Shown: positions 52,851-64,000 of the stretch, in pieces
Layout: each line of letters starts with the position of its first letter
Numbering within the stretch: position 1 is the stretch's first letter
From: Octopus sinensis
Lineage: Eukaryota
Assembly: GCF_006345805.1 (NCBI RefSeq)
Contig: NC_042999.1
Coordinates: 134,416,001 to 134,480,000, forward strand
Direction of reading: 5' to 3'
Length of the DNA: 64,000 nucleotides
Position numbers and translations under genes: made by a program
Notes under the pieces: generated by a model
What the model was told of the DNA's origin: nothing
The model's input: only the letters and a program-made list of their open reading frames with translations
Databases searched by the model: none

Positions 52851-53641
52851 ACAACACACCACACACACACGCACACGCGCACACACGTACATATATATGT
52901 ATGCATTTAATCCGTTGGACTGCAGCCATACTGAAGTACAGCTTTTAAGATAGATCATATCCATAATATAAGTTGTTTCAGGTTGGTACATGCTTTATCA
53001 GTATCTATTTGTCGAAACGTTAGAAACTAACACAGAAACATACACATATATACATTTATAGATATACGCACACGCACACACATACAAACAGACTTCTGCG
53101 CAGTTCTGTCAACCAAATTCTTTTCACACTGTAGTATCCAATACAAACTTACAATAGAAGGTGCTCAGCAAATATTGTACGTAGTGGGATTGAATCCCCG
53201 AAACGACGTTGTTGTAAAGCGAAAGCCTTAACCACAAAATCATGCCTGCGCCTATACGTATGCTCGCACACAAATCAATATATATTGCTGCTTTCAGCTA
53301 TTTCCCAACAGCCATGTTAGTGCACCGAGACATAATCTGTCGCTTCCCGAAACAGGGGACTGAATATTATATTTACTATTTTTGAGATTAGCTGCTGGGC
53401 AATTAAAATCCCGAAGCAATTTAGCACTCAGTATCATTAGAAATATCTCCAATGTATCCTCAGACAGAGATATCGTCAACATAGGTCTACTTCACTAAAT
53501 GAGAATTTAAATGATATTCAGCTTCTTCTTGCATCCGCTGGGAACAGAATTAAAAAGAAGAAAATCATTTGGTTTAATCCTCCGTCGAACTTTGATATCA
53601 CCACGAATATAGCCTTGATGTCACCACGAATTCAATTATAT

Positions 53642-53677
<36 letters not shown>

Positions 53678-54859
53678 GTAGAAGGCATATATAAATAACG
53701 CGAGTTTTTTAAATGTCCATTAAAACTGAGTTGCTCTTTCTTGAGCATCACTTCCAATATTGACGTTATTAAAGAAAAAATGCATACACTCGTGTATCAC
53801 ATAGACTTCAGCCCTGCCAGCTAGCTGCCAAATCAAAGCAGCGAGCCACTAAAGACATTCTGCCTAACCAAGGCAGTTAATTTTAGGGCGATCCTCACTC
53901 CGCTTGATAATGTCTTAGATACTCCTCTACTTACAGCCAGTAAATGAATTCCTTCATGTCCAGGAAAATAAAAAATGCTACCTCAGTATACCACATTAAA
54001 CTAAAACATTCTCACTCCTAGCTCATATTGCAGCCACTAACAGAATTTCATAACAAGAGAGGTAATCTGCCATCAACGGAGATCTCTATTGGAATTTTTA
54101 AGTCAACAGAATAGAGTTACTTAAATTTTACTGAATTTTTAAAATTCAATGGTATTTATAATGAAAACAAGGGAAATTAGTCTCGACAGAGTTTGCCATT
54201 GCACCAAAGTTAATTCACATTCAGAAACTTTCACCATTTGCAAAGATACTAATTTCATCATCTAGAGACGACAAGTCAATAATATCAAACTTTATTCATT
54301 ATTCAATGCAAATTAACGTTATTTAAAAATCATCACTCAGTATTAAGAGCCCATTGATTAAAAACATATATTTATATCGTACTTCAAAGTGCCTGAAACA
54401 TATATACTGTAGAAAATTTACATCTATAACGCAGATGAATTATTTAATTCATTACGTGACCACTAATGTATTTTAAGTAAATTACAATAGAAATTGCGTG
54501 GAAGCCGGTCGTAAATGTGTGTTTGTTTATGTCCCACTACCGTTTGATAACCGTTGTTGGTTTGTTACATCCTCGTATATTAGCACTATTACCAAACTTC
54601 AAAATTAAATCCTAGAATCGATTTGTTCGACTAAAACACACGAACGTGCTGCCCCAGCAGGGGCCGCAATCCGATAAACGAAATAAGTTAAAGATAAAAG
54701 AAAAACGATACCAGAGTAATATCGCAGTGGCAAAAAGCACACTGTCAATATTCGCTATACCGCAACACAACACGACTTGTATAGCTCTACAGCTTTTGTT
54801 AATATTTCACGCGGATTTCAAGGCTTGAATTTTTCTTTATGACTTCAGGGCGATCACTT

Positions 54860-55230
54860 AAAAGAAAAGAAGCGTGTGACTCTGTCTTTCTTGTCTGGTG
54901 CGTCGATAAAGAGATTTTGAGACGAGTATAATTTTAGAAAGCAAACAGTTTTTGACATACAAATTCTTGCACTTCTTTCGAATATAACGCTGATGCAAAT
55001 TACTAAATCATTATCTTTTGGCGTAAGAAAGCGCATGAGAGTTACAAAATATACAAATCTTGAGGCAGTGATTCGATTAAGTTAATCCATCAAGGATCTT
55101 GTGATAGCAACGTCTGATGTGTAGATTTCAAAGTTGGCTATGCATAAGGATATCAAGAAATTTTAAGTCAGTAAAGGGTGTTTAAGGCGATTTAGAAATA
55201 CCAACGGAATTGATAATAAAATTTGTAGCT
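54860..55230 (+). mobile_element. pogo/Tigger (CENP-B-like HTH) transposase remnant
   Basis: EYNFRKQTVFDI, RKRMRVTKYTNLE and KF*VSKGCLRRFRNTNGI resemble the psq/CENP-B HTH motifs (EY.V.KQTVSDI; F.AS.GWL.RFK.R.GI). Confidence 0.55.
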
Positions 55231-55364
55231 TTAAAGTGTATGGTGGAATAAAATATTCTCGATATTTAAACAAAGTGTATCGCTTGTTCTGCCTGTCAGT
55301 CTGTCTACCGATCTCACTCTTTTTTTTCTCGCTCTCCCCGCCTCTCTCTCTCTCTATATATATC

Positions 55365-56460
55365 TTTTATTCTTTACTTGTTTCAGTCATTTTACTGCGG
55401 CCATACTGGAGCACCGGCTTTAGTCGAGTAAATCGACGCCAGGACTTATTCTTTGTAAGCCTAGTACTTATTCTATCAGTTGCTTTTGCCGAACCGCTAA
55501 GTTACGAGGACATAAATACACCAGCATCGTTGTCAAGTGATGGTCGGAACACACACACACACACACACACACCACACACACAAATATATATATATAGATC
55601 GCTAGCCACAACACATTCTTTATTTTCTCTCCATGCTTCTTTCTGTGTTTCTATCTGCGTTCCTTTCTGTGGAAGAGCGTAGGCTCGAAACGTTAAAGAC
55701 TTTTTCACTTCCCGAGCATTAAACTAATGCATCTGTTTGTTGTGTACACCACCTGTCTTCGTCTTTTGTTTTTTTGTGAATTTTCCCTATATATATATAT
55801 ATACACGACGAGCTTCTTTCAGTTTCCGTCGAAGCTATAGTAGAAGACATTTGCCCAAGGCGTCATGCAATGGGGCTGAACCCGGAACCATGTGGATGGT
55901 AAGGAAGCTACTTACCACACAGCCACTCCTGCACCAAGACATAAATACATATATATGTGTGTGTATGAGCACACGCCTGTATTTGTGTGTGCATGTGTAC
56001 ATGTGTGTACATGTGTGTGTGTGTGTGTGAGTATCTTTTTATCTTTTATCTTTTACTTGCTTCAGTCGATAGGCTGCGGTCATGCTGGGGCACCGCCTTG
56101 ACGAAATTTTAGTTGAATGTGTCGACCTCAGTACTTATCTTTTAAAGTCTGAGACTTATTCTATCGTTCTTTTTTGGTGAACCGCTACGTTACAGAGACG
56201 TATACACACCAGCACCGGCAGTCAAGCAGTGATGGGAGGACAAACACAGATATAATGACACACAAATATATATATATATATATATATATACGACGGGCTT
56301 CAGGCTTCTTTCAGTTTCCGTCTACTAAATATATTCATTGGACTTTGGACACCCGAGATTATAACAGAAGACACCTGCCCAAGGTTCCACGCAGTGGAAT
56401 TGCACCCGGAACCATGTGATTGAGAAGTAAGCTTTTTACTACAGTCACACCTACGCCTAT
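55365..56460 (-). mobile_element. Cluster of SINE A copies and fragments (55365-55545, 55800-55935, 56040-56460)
   Basis: Family A tail and head blocks on minus. Confidence 0.8.
55663..55698 (+). ncRNA. Minimal hammerhead-ribozyme-like fold (one core substitution) within a probable Penelope terminal-repeat fragment (~55600-55790)
   Basis: CTTT-CTGTGGA-A-GAGC(GTAG)GCTC-GAAAC-GTT-AAAG; see finding. Confidence 0.45.
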
Positions 56461-56512
56461 ATGTATGTGTGCGTGTATATATATATATATATATATATAT
56501 ACAGACACACAC

Positions 56513-56554
<42 letters not shown>

Positions 56555-56665
56555 GCATACACAAATACACACGCGTATATACATATATGTATGAATAAAC
56601 TAATAATATATATCGTGATTTGTTAAATTTTTGAAATACACATACATATAGTAAGAAAGGAAAAG

Positions 56666-56738
<73 letters not shown>

Positions 56739-57147
56739 TAGCACCAGACGTCTGTGTGTAATGTGATGAGATGTAATACAAAAGCCGATGCCAAACTATA
56801 ACAGATATTTCACAATAGATTCCTTTCATTTTTCTGTCCATGTCTAGATTAAGTCCACAAAATGACGCCTCAATTAATAGCAAATGACAGTTCTTTCCGT
56901 TCGTTAGATCTTTCACGCCTTCTAATGATTTTCGAACCACAGACATGTTTCATTCAGGAGATTCTTAGTTAATTATGAATGGTTTTCTCATTGATTAACT
57001 CATTAGAGTAGCTAACATGTATAGATGTGTAGACATGTATTAAAGTTGGCATATAATTGTAAGAAAAAAAACTACATACGTGTGTGTTTGTGTGTGTATG
57101 TGTGTGTGTGTGTGTGTTGTGTGTGGTGTGTGTGTGTGTGTAAATTA

Positions 57148-57450
57148 GCACTCTGTCGGTTATGACGATGAGTGTTTCAGTCGATCCGAACAACGGAACA
57201 ATCTGCTCATGAAATTAACGTGTAAGTAGCTGATCACTCCACAGACATGCGTGTCGTGTCCTTAACATAGTTCTCAGGGAAATACAGAATGTGATTGGGC
57301 TGGCCTTTGAATTACAGATACAACACTTTTTGCCACCTAAATGGACTGGAGCAACGTAAAATAAAGGTCAGAACACGCCGCTGAGAATCGAACTCACGAC
57401 TGCAATGTCGAGATCTGAATACACTAACTGGTAAGCTACGCGCCTTTACA
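57148..57450 (-). mobile_element. SINE family C
   Basis: Reverse complement of the 7452 element along its length. Confidence 0.8.
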
Positions 57451-57819
57451 AGAGTGTACACACACACACACACACACGCATGCATATTTATATATATACA
57501 AAGAAGACAAAGAGTGAATAAAAACGGTAAAAAATGGAAAGAAACAAAATTTTATAATTACACCCTCTTTGACCATAGAAATCATTATTAATCAAGCTAC
57601 TGTAGAATAATTCAACATTTAGGAGTTCAAAGTTTGAAAGATAACTGCACAATCTGATGAGGGTGGTATTCTCTAGTTCGACAAAAAAAAAATTTCCCAT
57701 GTGCTTGCATTTACTGAAAATTTCGGATCTGAAATTAAGTAGTGTGGTGGAATTCTTCGCTCTAAAAAGAATGTGCGATCTTTCAGCTACGCATAAGTTG
57801 CATCTCTTTGATCTATTTA

Positions 57820-58459
57820 CGAGGGCAAGTCAAAAATTATCCGCACTTACACCATAACATTTTTATTATTGTCACACAGACTTCTGCGCATGCGTGCTTA
57901 TAGTTAGTACTTTTGTGATCATGTTATCGAATTTCGAGCCTGATCGCGCCATTTTTCTTTCTGACTTTACCGTGTAAGCATAGCCGCTCCACAAGCAATG
58001 CGTACCAAATAAGAACAAAGAGTAGTGATCTGATTTCTCTGGTCGGAATGTGTCAGGTGTTGAAATTCATCAGTGGCTTTTAGTGCAATATTGGGTCAGT
58101 GAACAACCGCGAAGAAACGTGTATGAGTGGATCAAGAGGTTTAAAAGTGGCCAGACAAGCCTGACGCACGAAGAGGGGGCAGGACTACTGGCAAAAAGAT
58201 TCAGCAAGCCCGAGAGATGGTAATGGTGAACCGGTTCACCATTACCATCTCTCAGATCACTGCTCTTTGTTCTTCTTTGGTGTTCATTGCTAGTGGAGAG
58301 GCCATGCTTACATTGTAAAGCCAGAAAGTAAAATGGCGTGATCAAGCTCAAACTTCGACCATAATAGTACCAACTATAAACATGCATGCGCAGAATACAG
58401 TGGGACAATAATAAAGATACGTTATGGCGTAAGTGTGGATAATTTTTGATTTCCCCTCA
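57820..58459 (+). mobile_element. Internally deleted mariner with TA TSD and ~39-bp TIRs
   Basis: TA|CGAGGGCAAGTCAAAAATTATCCGCACTTACACCATAAC ... GTTATGGCGTAAGTGTGGATAATTTTTGATTTCCCCTCA|TA. Residual transposase N-terminus EQRVVI*FLWSE...YEWIKRFKSGQTSLTHEEGAG. Confidence 0.9.
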
Positions 58460-58647
58460 TACATATAACATAAGTTTTCCACGATCCTACTTGACTGTAT
58501 GTGATGTGCAACTGTTCTTCAGATCCCATGGCTATCCAACATATTGGCTTTATTTTCGTTGATGTGACGAAAAGACTATCCAAATCACCAATCTTCTTAG
58601 ACAGACAGACAGACGGACGGACGGACGGACGGACGGACGGACGGACG

Positions 58648-58681
<34 letters not shown>

Positions 58682-58743
58682 AGACAGACAGATAGATAGA
58701 TAGATAGATAGATAGAGATAGATAGATAGATAGATAGATAGAT

Positions 58744-58776
<33 letters not shown>

Positions 58777-59789
58777 GCGGACGGATGGATGGCTAATTTG
58801 CAGGAGTAAGGAAAGCACGGTTTTTGGTAGGCATTGGAGAATGTTGTAAGGAGGAAATATAGAAACCATAAATTATGGGTTGTCATGAGACCAGAAACTT
58901 TTGTCGGAATGTTGGCCAAGGTCTCTGCTTTGTTAAAGATACCCATCTATGCCTTGTGCTTGCATTTAGAGTTGGATTAAATGAACTACTGGAGAACATC
59001 CTTATTATTTCCGTCAATCGAATCTCATTTTATTTTATATCAATATACGTAGATGTAAGTATGAAATTATGAAAGAATAGACTATTTTGTTTTCTGTACT
59101 AAATTCCAGAGAAACGGCATCTTAAAAGATGTCGACTTGAACAGTACACTGGAAAAAGTTGAAGTGTAAAATTCCCAGACAAGTAAAGGAGCCTCTTTTC
59201 TATCCTTTATTATCTGTATTTGTTCAAGTCGAACCCTCAGTAAATCTGACATAATTACTTGAACAGCATGACAGAAGACATATTGTTTCAAGTAAAATAT
59301 TTTTACATTCAGTTTTTACCTCTCTGTATAAAAAAAAAGCTACGCACTGATTCTTATTTAAAATACTGTACAGCCCATGACTAGCAAATATCTTGAATAC
59401 TGTGGACAGCCAGTTCGAGGACGAACTGCAACTGTTAGTGTTGAGAGATTCTTTAGACAACCAGCTACGAAATTCAATATAACAAGAACAGTATGGCCAA
59501 CAAAACGAATCAATCACTAGGTAAAAAAAAAAAAAATACTAATGGAAAGATCAAACAACTGGTGTTACCTGACGCGAGAAGAACAACTTTCTGTGATATT
59601 TCAAGTGGGACAGACAAAACCCTTTCGATCAACGTATTTTCTATAAAATGTTCTCTCTTTTTTTTTTTTTTTTGAGGTAGATTGCTATTGCAGTGGCTTC
59701 ATCAGGATTTGCTGTAACTTTGCTCACTCTACTTTTAAGCTTCCACTCAACTTTACATATAATGACAGCACTACTTTGTTTCAAATTTT

Positions 59790-60278
59790 GGTTTCAAATT
59801 TTGGCACAATGCCAGCAATTTCGGGGAAGTCGATTACATCGACTCCAGTTCTAAACTAGTACTTATTTTATCGACCCCGAAACGATGGAAAAGAAAGTCG
59901 ACCGAATTTGAATTCAGAACGTGAAGACGTACGAAATGCTGCAAAGCATTTTGCCCGATGTTGAAACGATTCTGTCTGCGCTGTCAGAACGTACAGATCG
60001 ATGAACTTGCTGCTAAGCATTTTGCCCGGCGTACTAACGGCTCTGCCTGCTCGCCACCTTTTAAATATTGGTTTCAAATTTTGGGCACAGCAATTTCGAG
60101 GGTGGGTTTAAGTCGATTACATCGACTCCAGTGCTTAAACTGGTACCTTCTTTATCGACGATGAAAAGATAGAAGACGAAGTCGACCTCGGCAGAATTTG
60201 AACTCCGAAAGTATAGACGGACGAAATGCTACAAAGCATTTTACCCGGCGTGCTAATGATTCTGTTAGCTTGCCGCCT
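59790..60278 (-). mobile_element. Stack of SINE B copies (59790-59970, partial 59990-60058, 60070-60278)
   Basis: Repeated GTCGATTACATCGACTCCAG and GAATTTGAAxTCxGAA blocks. Confidence 0.8.
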
Positions 60279-60290
60279 TACAACCCTATC

Positions 60291-60730
60291 TAGGATGTTT
60301 TCGGTTTGAACGGCAGTTTTTCTAGCGGTGTCATATGAAATTGTCACCCATAATTATGATCCTAGTATCGATCTATTGCATTTCAATCTGTTTTAGGGCT
60401 AGGGTTAGTTAGGGTTAGGGTTAGGGGTGGGGAGAAGGGTATCTTTTTTTTCTTCAGAAATGTAAATAAACCCAATATGTTTCTTAAACGAGGGACATAT
60501 TCATACGGCACAGAATGTTTTTTTTACCTCAATAGACGTCAGTGATTGGTTGAAATCGCAGAAATTGAAGAAAAACAACAACAAATATCTTACAAACCAT
60601 AGAATTTTCTCAATAAAGCCAAGTAAAAAAGATGTTTTATAAACACATTCTACCAGTATACGAAGTTTAAAAGTGTTTAGTTACGTGGAAATTATTTAAA
60701 ATAACTGCCGTTCAAACCGAAAAGATCCCC
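60291..60730. mobile_element. MITE with ~27-bp TIRs and an internal (TTAGGG)-like tract; partial copy at ~38365-38505
   Basis: GGATGTTTTCGGTTTGAACGGCAGTT / AACTGCCGTTCAAACCGAAAAGATCCCC; shared ACACATTCTACCAGTATACGAAGTTT with 38455-38480. Confidence 0.8.
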
Positions 60731-61627
60731 TGTCTATAATAGTAACAAAGAATTTGCATTGGTTGAAGTTCCGAAGCAGACCAAGATAAAAATATAAGAT
60801 GAAGACAGAATTTTCTGACTTATATTTGACGTTCTCGGATGCACAAAATCTCACAAGTAACATTACAGGTAGAGTTATTGTCTTGCCTTCTGGTTACCTC
60901 AGGTAAAACTGTCACTCACTCCAAAGAGTACTTCTGCTGATGACACCCATATTTGAAGACAAGCGGATAATTTTATCTTCCTACCATCAAAAGTGTTGCA
61001 CTTAATAGAGCTGCTGTTTTCGCAACCCAGTTGTTTTACTGAAATTGGTCAACGACCAGCAACCATTGATTGACACTGACAATGGTGATGTCAAATACAA
61101 AAAAAAAAACCCCAAAAACTAAAGAACAGCCATCGACACATCTCATATATTCATAGGTATATGAGCCTAATTCGAGTTCGTATATAGTGAGGAAAATCCG
61201 AACAAAGCAAGAAGAAAAAAATCGTACAAAGAAAGTAAAAATATTAACTAGCAATGATGCTAATTTAATGGTCACACATAAGCATGTGTAAAATCTATGT
61301 ATGTATGTATACACACACATACACATACACACACACAAACACACACGCACGCACGCACACACATGCACACATTTATTTAGACAGTAGAACGATTGCTTGA
61401 CAACACAGCTGCCTCGTTATAATGTTTAGAACAAGTGGGTACCTATGAAAAATTCACAAGTGATAAATGTTCATTTTTGTGAGGAGATACATCAAAGTCA
61501 ATTAACCGCTATGCCTATGTATTTCACTGAAAAACTGACAGGTCGCTTTACTATCTGAACGTATACATATATTTTGGGGTGGGTGGCAGAAGGAGACACA
61601 AACTGCTATTTATTATATTAGACATAC

Positions 61628-61807
61628 ATGCCTGCGTGGTTCGGAGGCTCGCTTTACAAGCACGTGGTTTTGGGTTCAGTCCTACTGCAGGGCACCTTGG
61701 GCGAGTGTCTTTTACCTAATATAGCTCCGGGGCGACCAATGCCTTGTGACTGAATTTGGTTGACAGAAACTGTGGAAGACTGTCGTATACACACACACAC
61801 ACACGCA

Positions 61808-61854
<47 letters not shown>

Positions 61855-61990
61855 ATAGATAGATGAAATATATAAATGTATGCGTGTTGTTTGGGTTTGG
61901 GTTTGTCCCCCACAAGCTAAGGAGACAGTCTCTTCTGCCTGTTCCTGCATGACCGCTGTTCAATGAATAAAATAAGTAAAAGAGTAAAAG
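61628..61990 (+). mobile_element. SINE family A, diverged
   Basis: GGGTTCAGTCCTACTGCAGGGCACCTTGGGCGAGTGTCTT and AAGTAAAAGAGTAAAAG tail. Confidence 0.75.
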
Positions 61991-62770
61991 TATACATAAA
62001 TATGAAACCATCCATCACTCCTCATTAACTTACCACTTGCAACATAAGCATCTAACTTCAAGCATAAAATAACTCCACGACGAAAACTGTGTAGTGCAGT
62101 CCTGGCCGTGTTATTTTTTTAGCCTTCCCACGCCTTCCTTCTTTAAGATGGAAGATTATGGCTCGAGAAAAATTTAGCAGCTATTTCTGGCGATACGAAC
62201 ACCCACGTAGAGGCCATCTCATTTCATCGTCTGGACTAAGTAAATACTTTCTGGGGTCGTCAGAGAGGTCATCAGAGATTATAAAGGATACTGTCTATAC
62301 GCAGTATGTAAGAAGTATATAAGATATAGTTGTATTTGGAATGTGTATGTATATATGTGTATGAGTATGTGTATGTATATAGTGTGTGTATATGTGTGTA
62401 TGTGCGTATGCGCATGTTGGGTTTGATCACTGACGACCCTTACAGAACATAAATGTTGGCGCTAAATGATAGCACATTGTTACGTTCTAAGGTGTGATGT
62501 GAGATGCAGGAACACTAAAATGAGTTGTGATAAATAAAGCAGTATGGCCAACTAGAAAACTTGTACTTAGTCACTTGACCTGCTGACTGTAGCAGTAGGG
62601 TTGTTTGAGACCACACCCTACTGTCTTAAAAACGAAAGATAGCTATTTTGGATCATACATTCCAAGGATATACTGTCTAGAAAAAGTTATGAAAGGAATC
62701 AGGCAGAACGTTTATGCTACTGGATCATAGGTGAGACCCAAGGCGAAACAAGAACTATTTACTATATAGC

Positions 62771-63192
62771 TTTTTTACTCTTTCTCTTTTTACTCTTTTA
62801 CTTGTTTCAGTCATTTGACTGCGGCCATGCTGGAGCACCGCCTTTAGTCGAGCAAATCGACCCCAGGACTTATTCTTTGTAAGCCCAGTAGTTATTCTAA
62901 ATCGGTCCTTTTGCCGAACCGCTAAGTGACGGGGACGTAAACACACCAGCAATCGGTTGTCAAGCAATGCTAGGGAACAAACACAGACACACAAACATAT
63001 TCACACACACTTATATATATATACATATATACGAGACAGCTTCTTTCAGTTTCCGTCTACCAATCCACTCACAAGCATTGGTCGGCCCGGGGCTATAGCA
63101 GAAGACACTTGCCCAAGATGCCACGCAGTGGGACTGAACCCGGAACCATGTGGTTGGTAGCAAGCTACTTACCACCAGCCACTCCTGCGCCT
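62771..63192 (-). mobile_element. SINE family A, full-length
   Basis: All family A blocks present. Confidence 0.9.
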
Positions 63193-63834
63193 AAATACAT
63201 TTTTCACTTTTTACTTGCACGATGCAGAACTATCCTCCATTTGACTTATTCACCGATTCTTGTAAACAGCTCTTCAACGTTGCTTAGCAATCAAGCTAAA
63301 AAATTATTTGGTGATTCACTGTTATGGGGACATTCCGATATAGTTATTATACTCAAATCAGCTGTCCAGTAAAAATCATTTATCAACCAGCTCGGTACGA
63401 CACAAGATGTTAACCTTTCTGACGTCTTTAACACCATTGAGTCAGACAAATCCGAGCGATCTCGGACCAGATGACTCTTCAACAAGCTAATAAGCGCCTC
63501 TACATAGATTCAAACTCAGTTAAATCTCCTTCTAATTCTACCATGTCGTGCTATAAACTGGTACATTGGACAATGTAGTACGAGACCCATTATTCCTGAA
63601 TATCTTGTGTGCCTTTCATATAGGCCTGCTCTTGACCCTTTGCTGTCCTGTGTATCACATGTAATGCACAGGACGTCTATGCACCGAATATGTTGTACGT
63701 TCCCAACTTCTTTTTCAGCGACCAGAAGAACTCTGGACTTATGAAATGAAAGCTTTATTACTCAGGATGCGTAAAACAAGGGTTGACCGAAAGCCTGAAA
63801 ACAATCACGGACCTTTTTTGTTTTCTTTCTTTTT

Positions 63835-64000
63835 TCCTCTGCTTCAGTCATTAGACTGCGGCCATGCTGGGGCACCACTTTGAAGAATTTTTAGTCGAAT
63901 GAATCGATCCCATTGCATTTTTCTATCGGTCTATTTTGTCGAATTTCTAGGTTACGAGGACGTAAACATACCAACACCGGTTGTCAAGCAGTGGTGTGAG
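63835..64000 (-). mobile_element. SINE A 3' part, cut by the window end
   Basis: TTCAGTCATTAGACTGCGGCCATGCTGGGGCACC...CGGTTGTCAAGC. Confidence 0.8.

Noticed and set aside
58850-59480. Possible ancient LINE RT fragment on minus
   Set aside because: Only vague motif resemblance; no diagnostic block could be read.

Overview
Eukaryotic, AT-rich, microsatellite-dense non-genic DNA. The dominant tRNA-derived SINEs and repeat landscape look like an Octopus-type (coleoid cephalopod) genome; this is recognition from memory, not a database result. I could not support any host protein-coding exon, tRNA, rRNA or CRISPR array, and almost all supplied ORFs are translations of simple repeats. Recognisable coding remnants all belong to decayed transposable elements. 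LINEs: RTE (20.3-20.85 kb), Tx1/L1 clade (32.4-35.4 kb, -), R4/Dong clade (35.4-37.8 kb, plus old fragments) and CR1-type (40.7-43.2 kb, -). Others: a Penelope GIY-YIG fragment (15.1-15.5 kb, absent from the ORF track), two hAT remnants, three Tc1/mariner remnants, a pogo/Tigger remnant, a Chapaev-like transposase start, MITEs and a Helitron-like 3' end. Three SINE families (A, B, C here) contribute dozens of copies. Most interesting: (i) the Tx1 LINE shares its 3' tail with a SINE-B subfamily, and all three such tails abut the same GGTATTT motif, twice inside a SINE-B head; (ii) a near-canonical minimal hammerhead ribozyme fold at 55.66 kb; (iii) a 2.3-kb head-to-head array of a ~488-bp unit that may be real or a long-read artefact; (iv) a perfect 42-bp fold-back palindrome at a mariner deletion breakpoint; (v) an exact 340-bp direct repeat. 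Element boundaries are approximate unless TIR/TSD positions are given.
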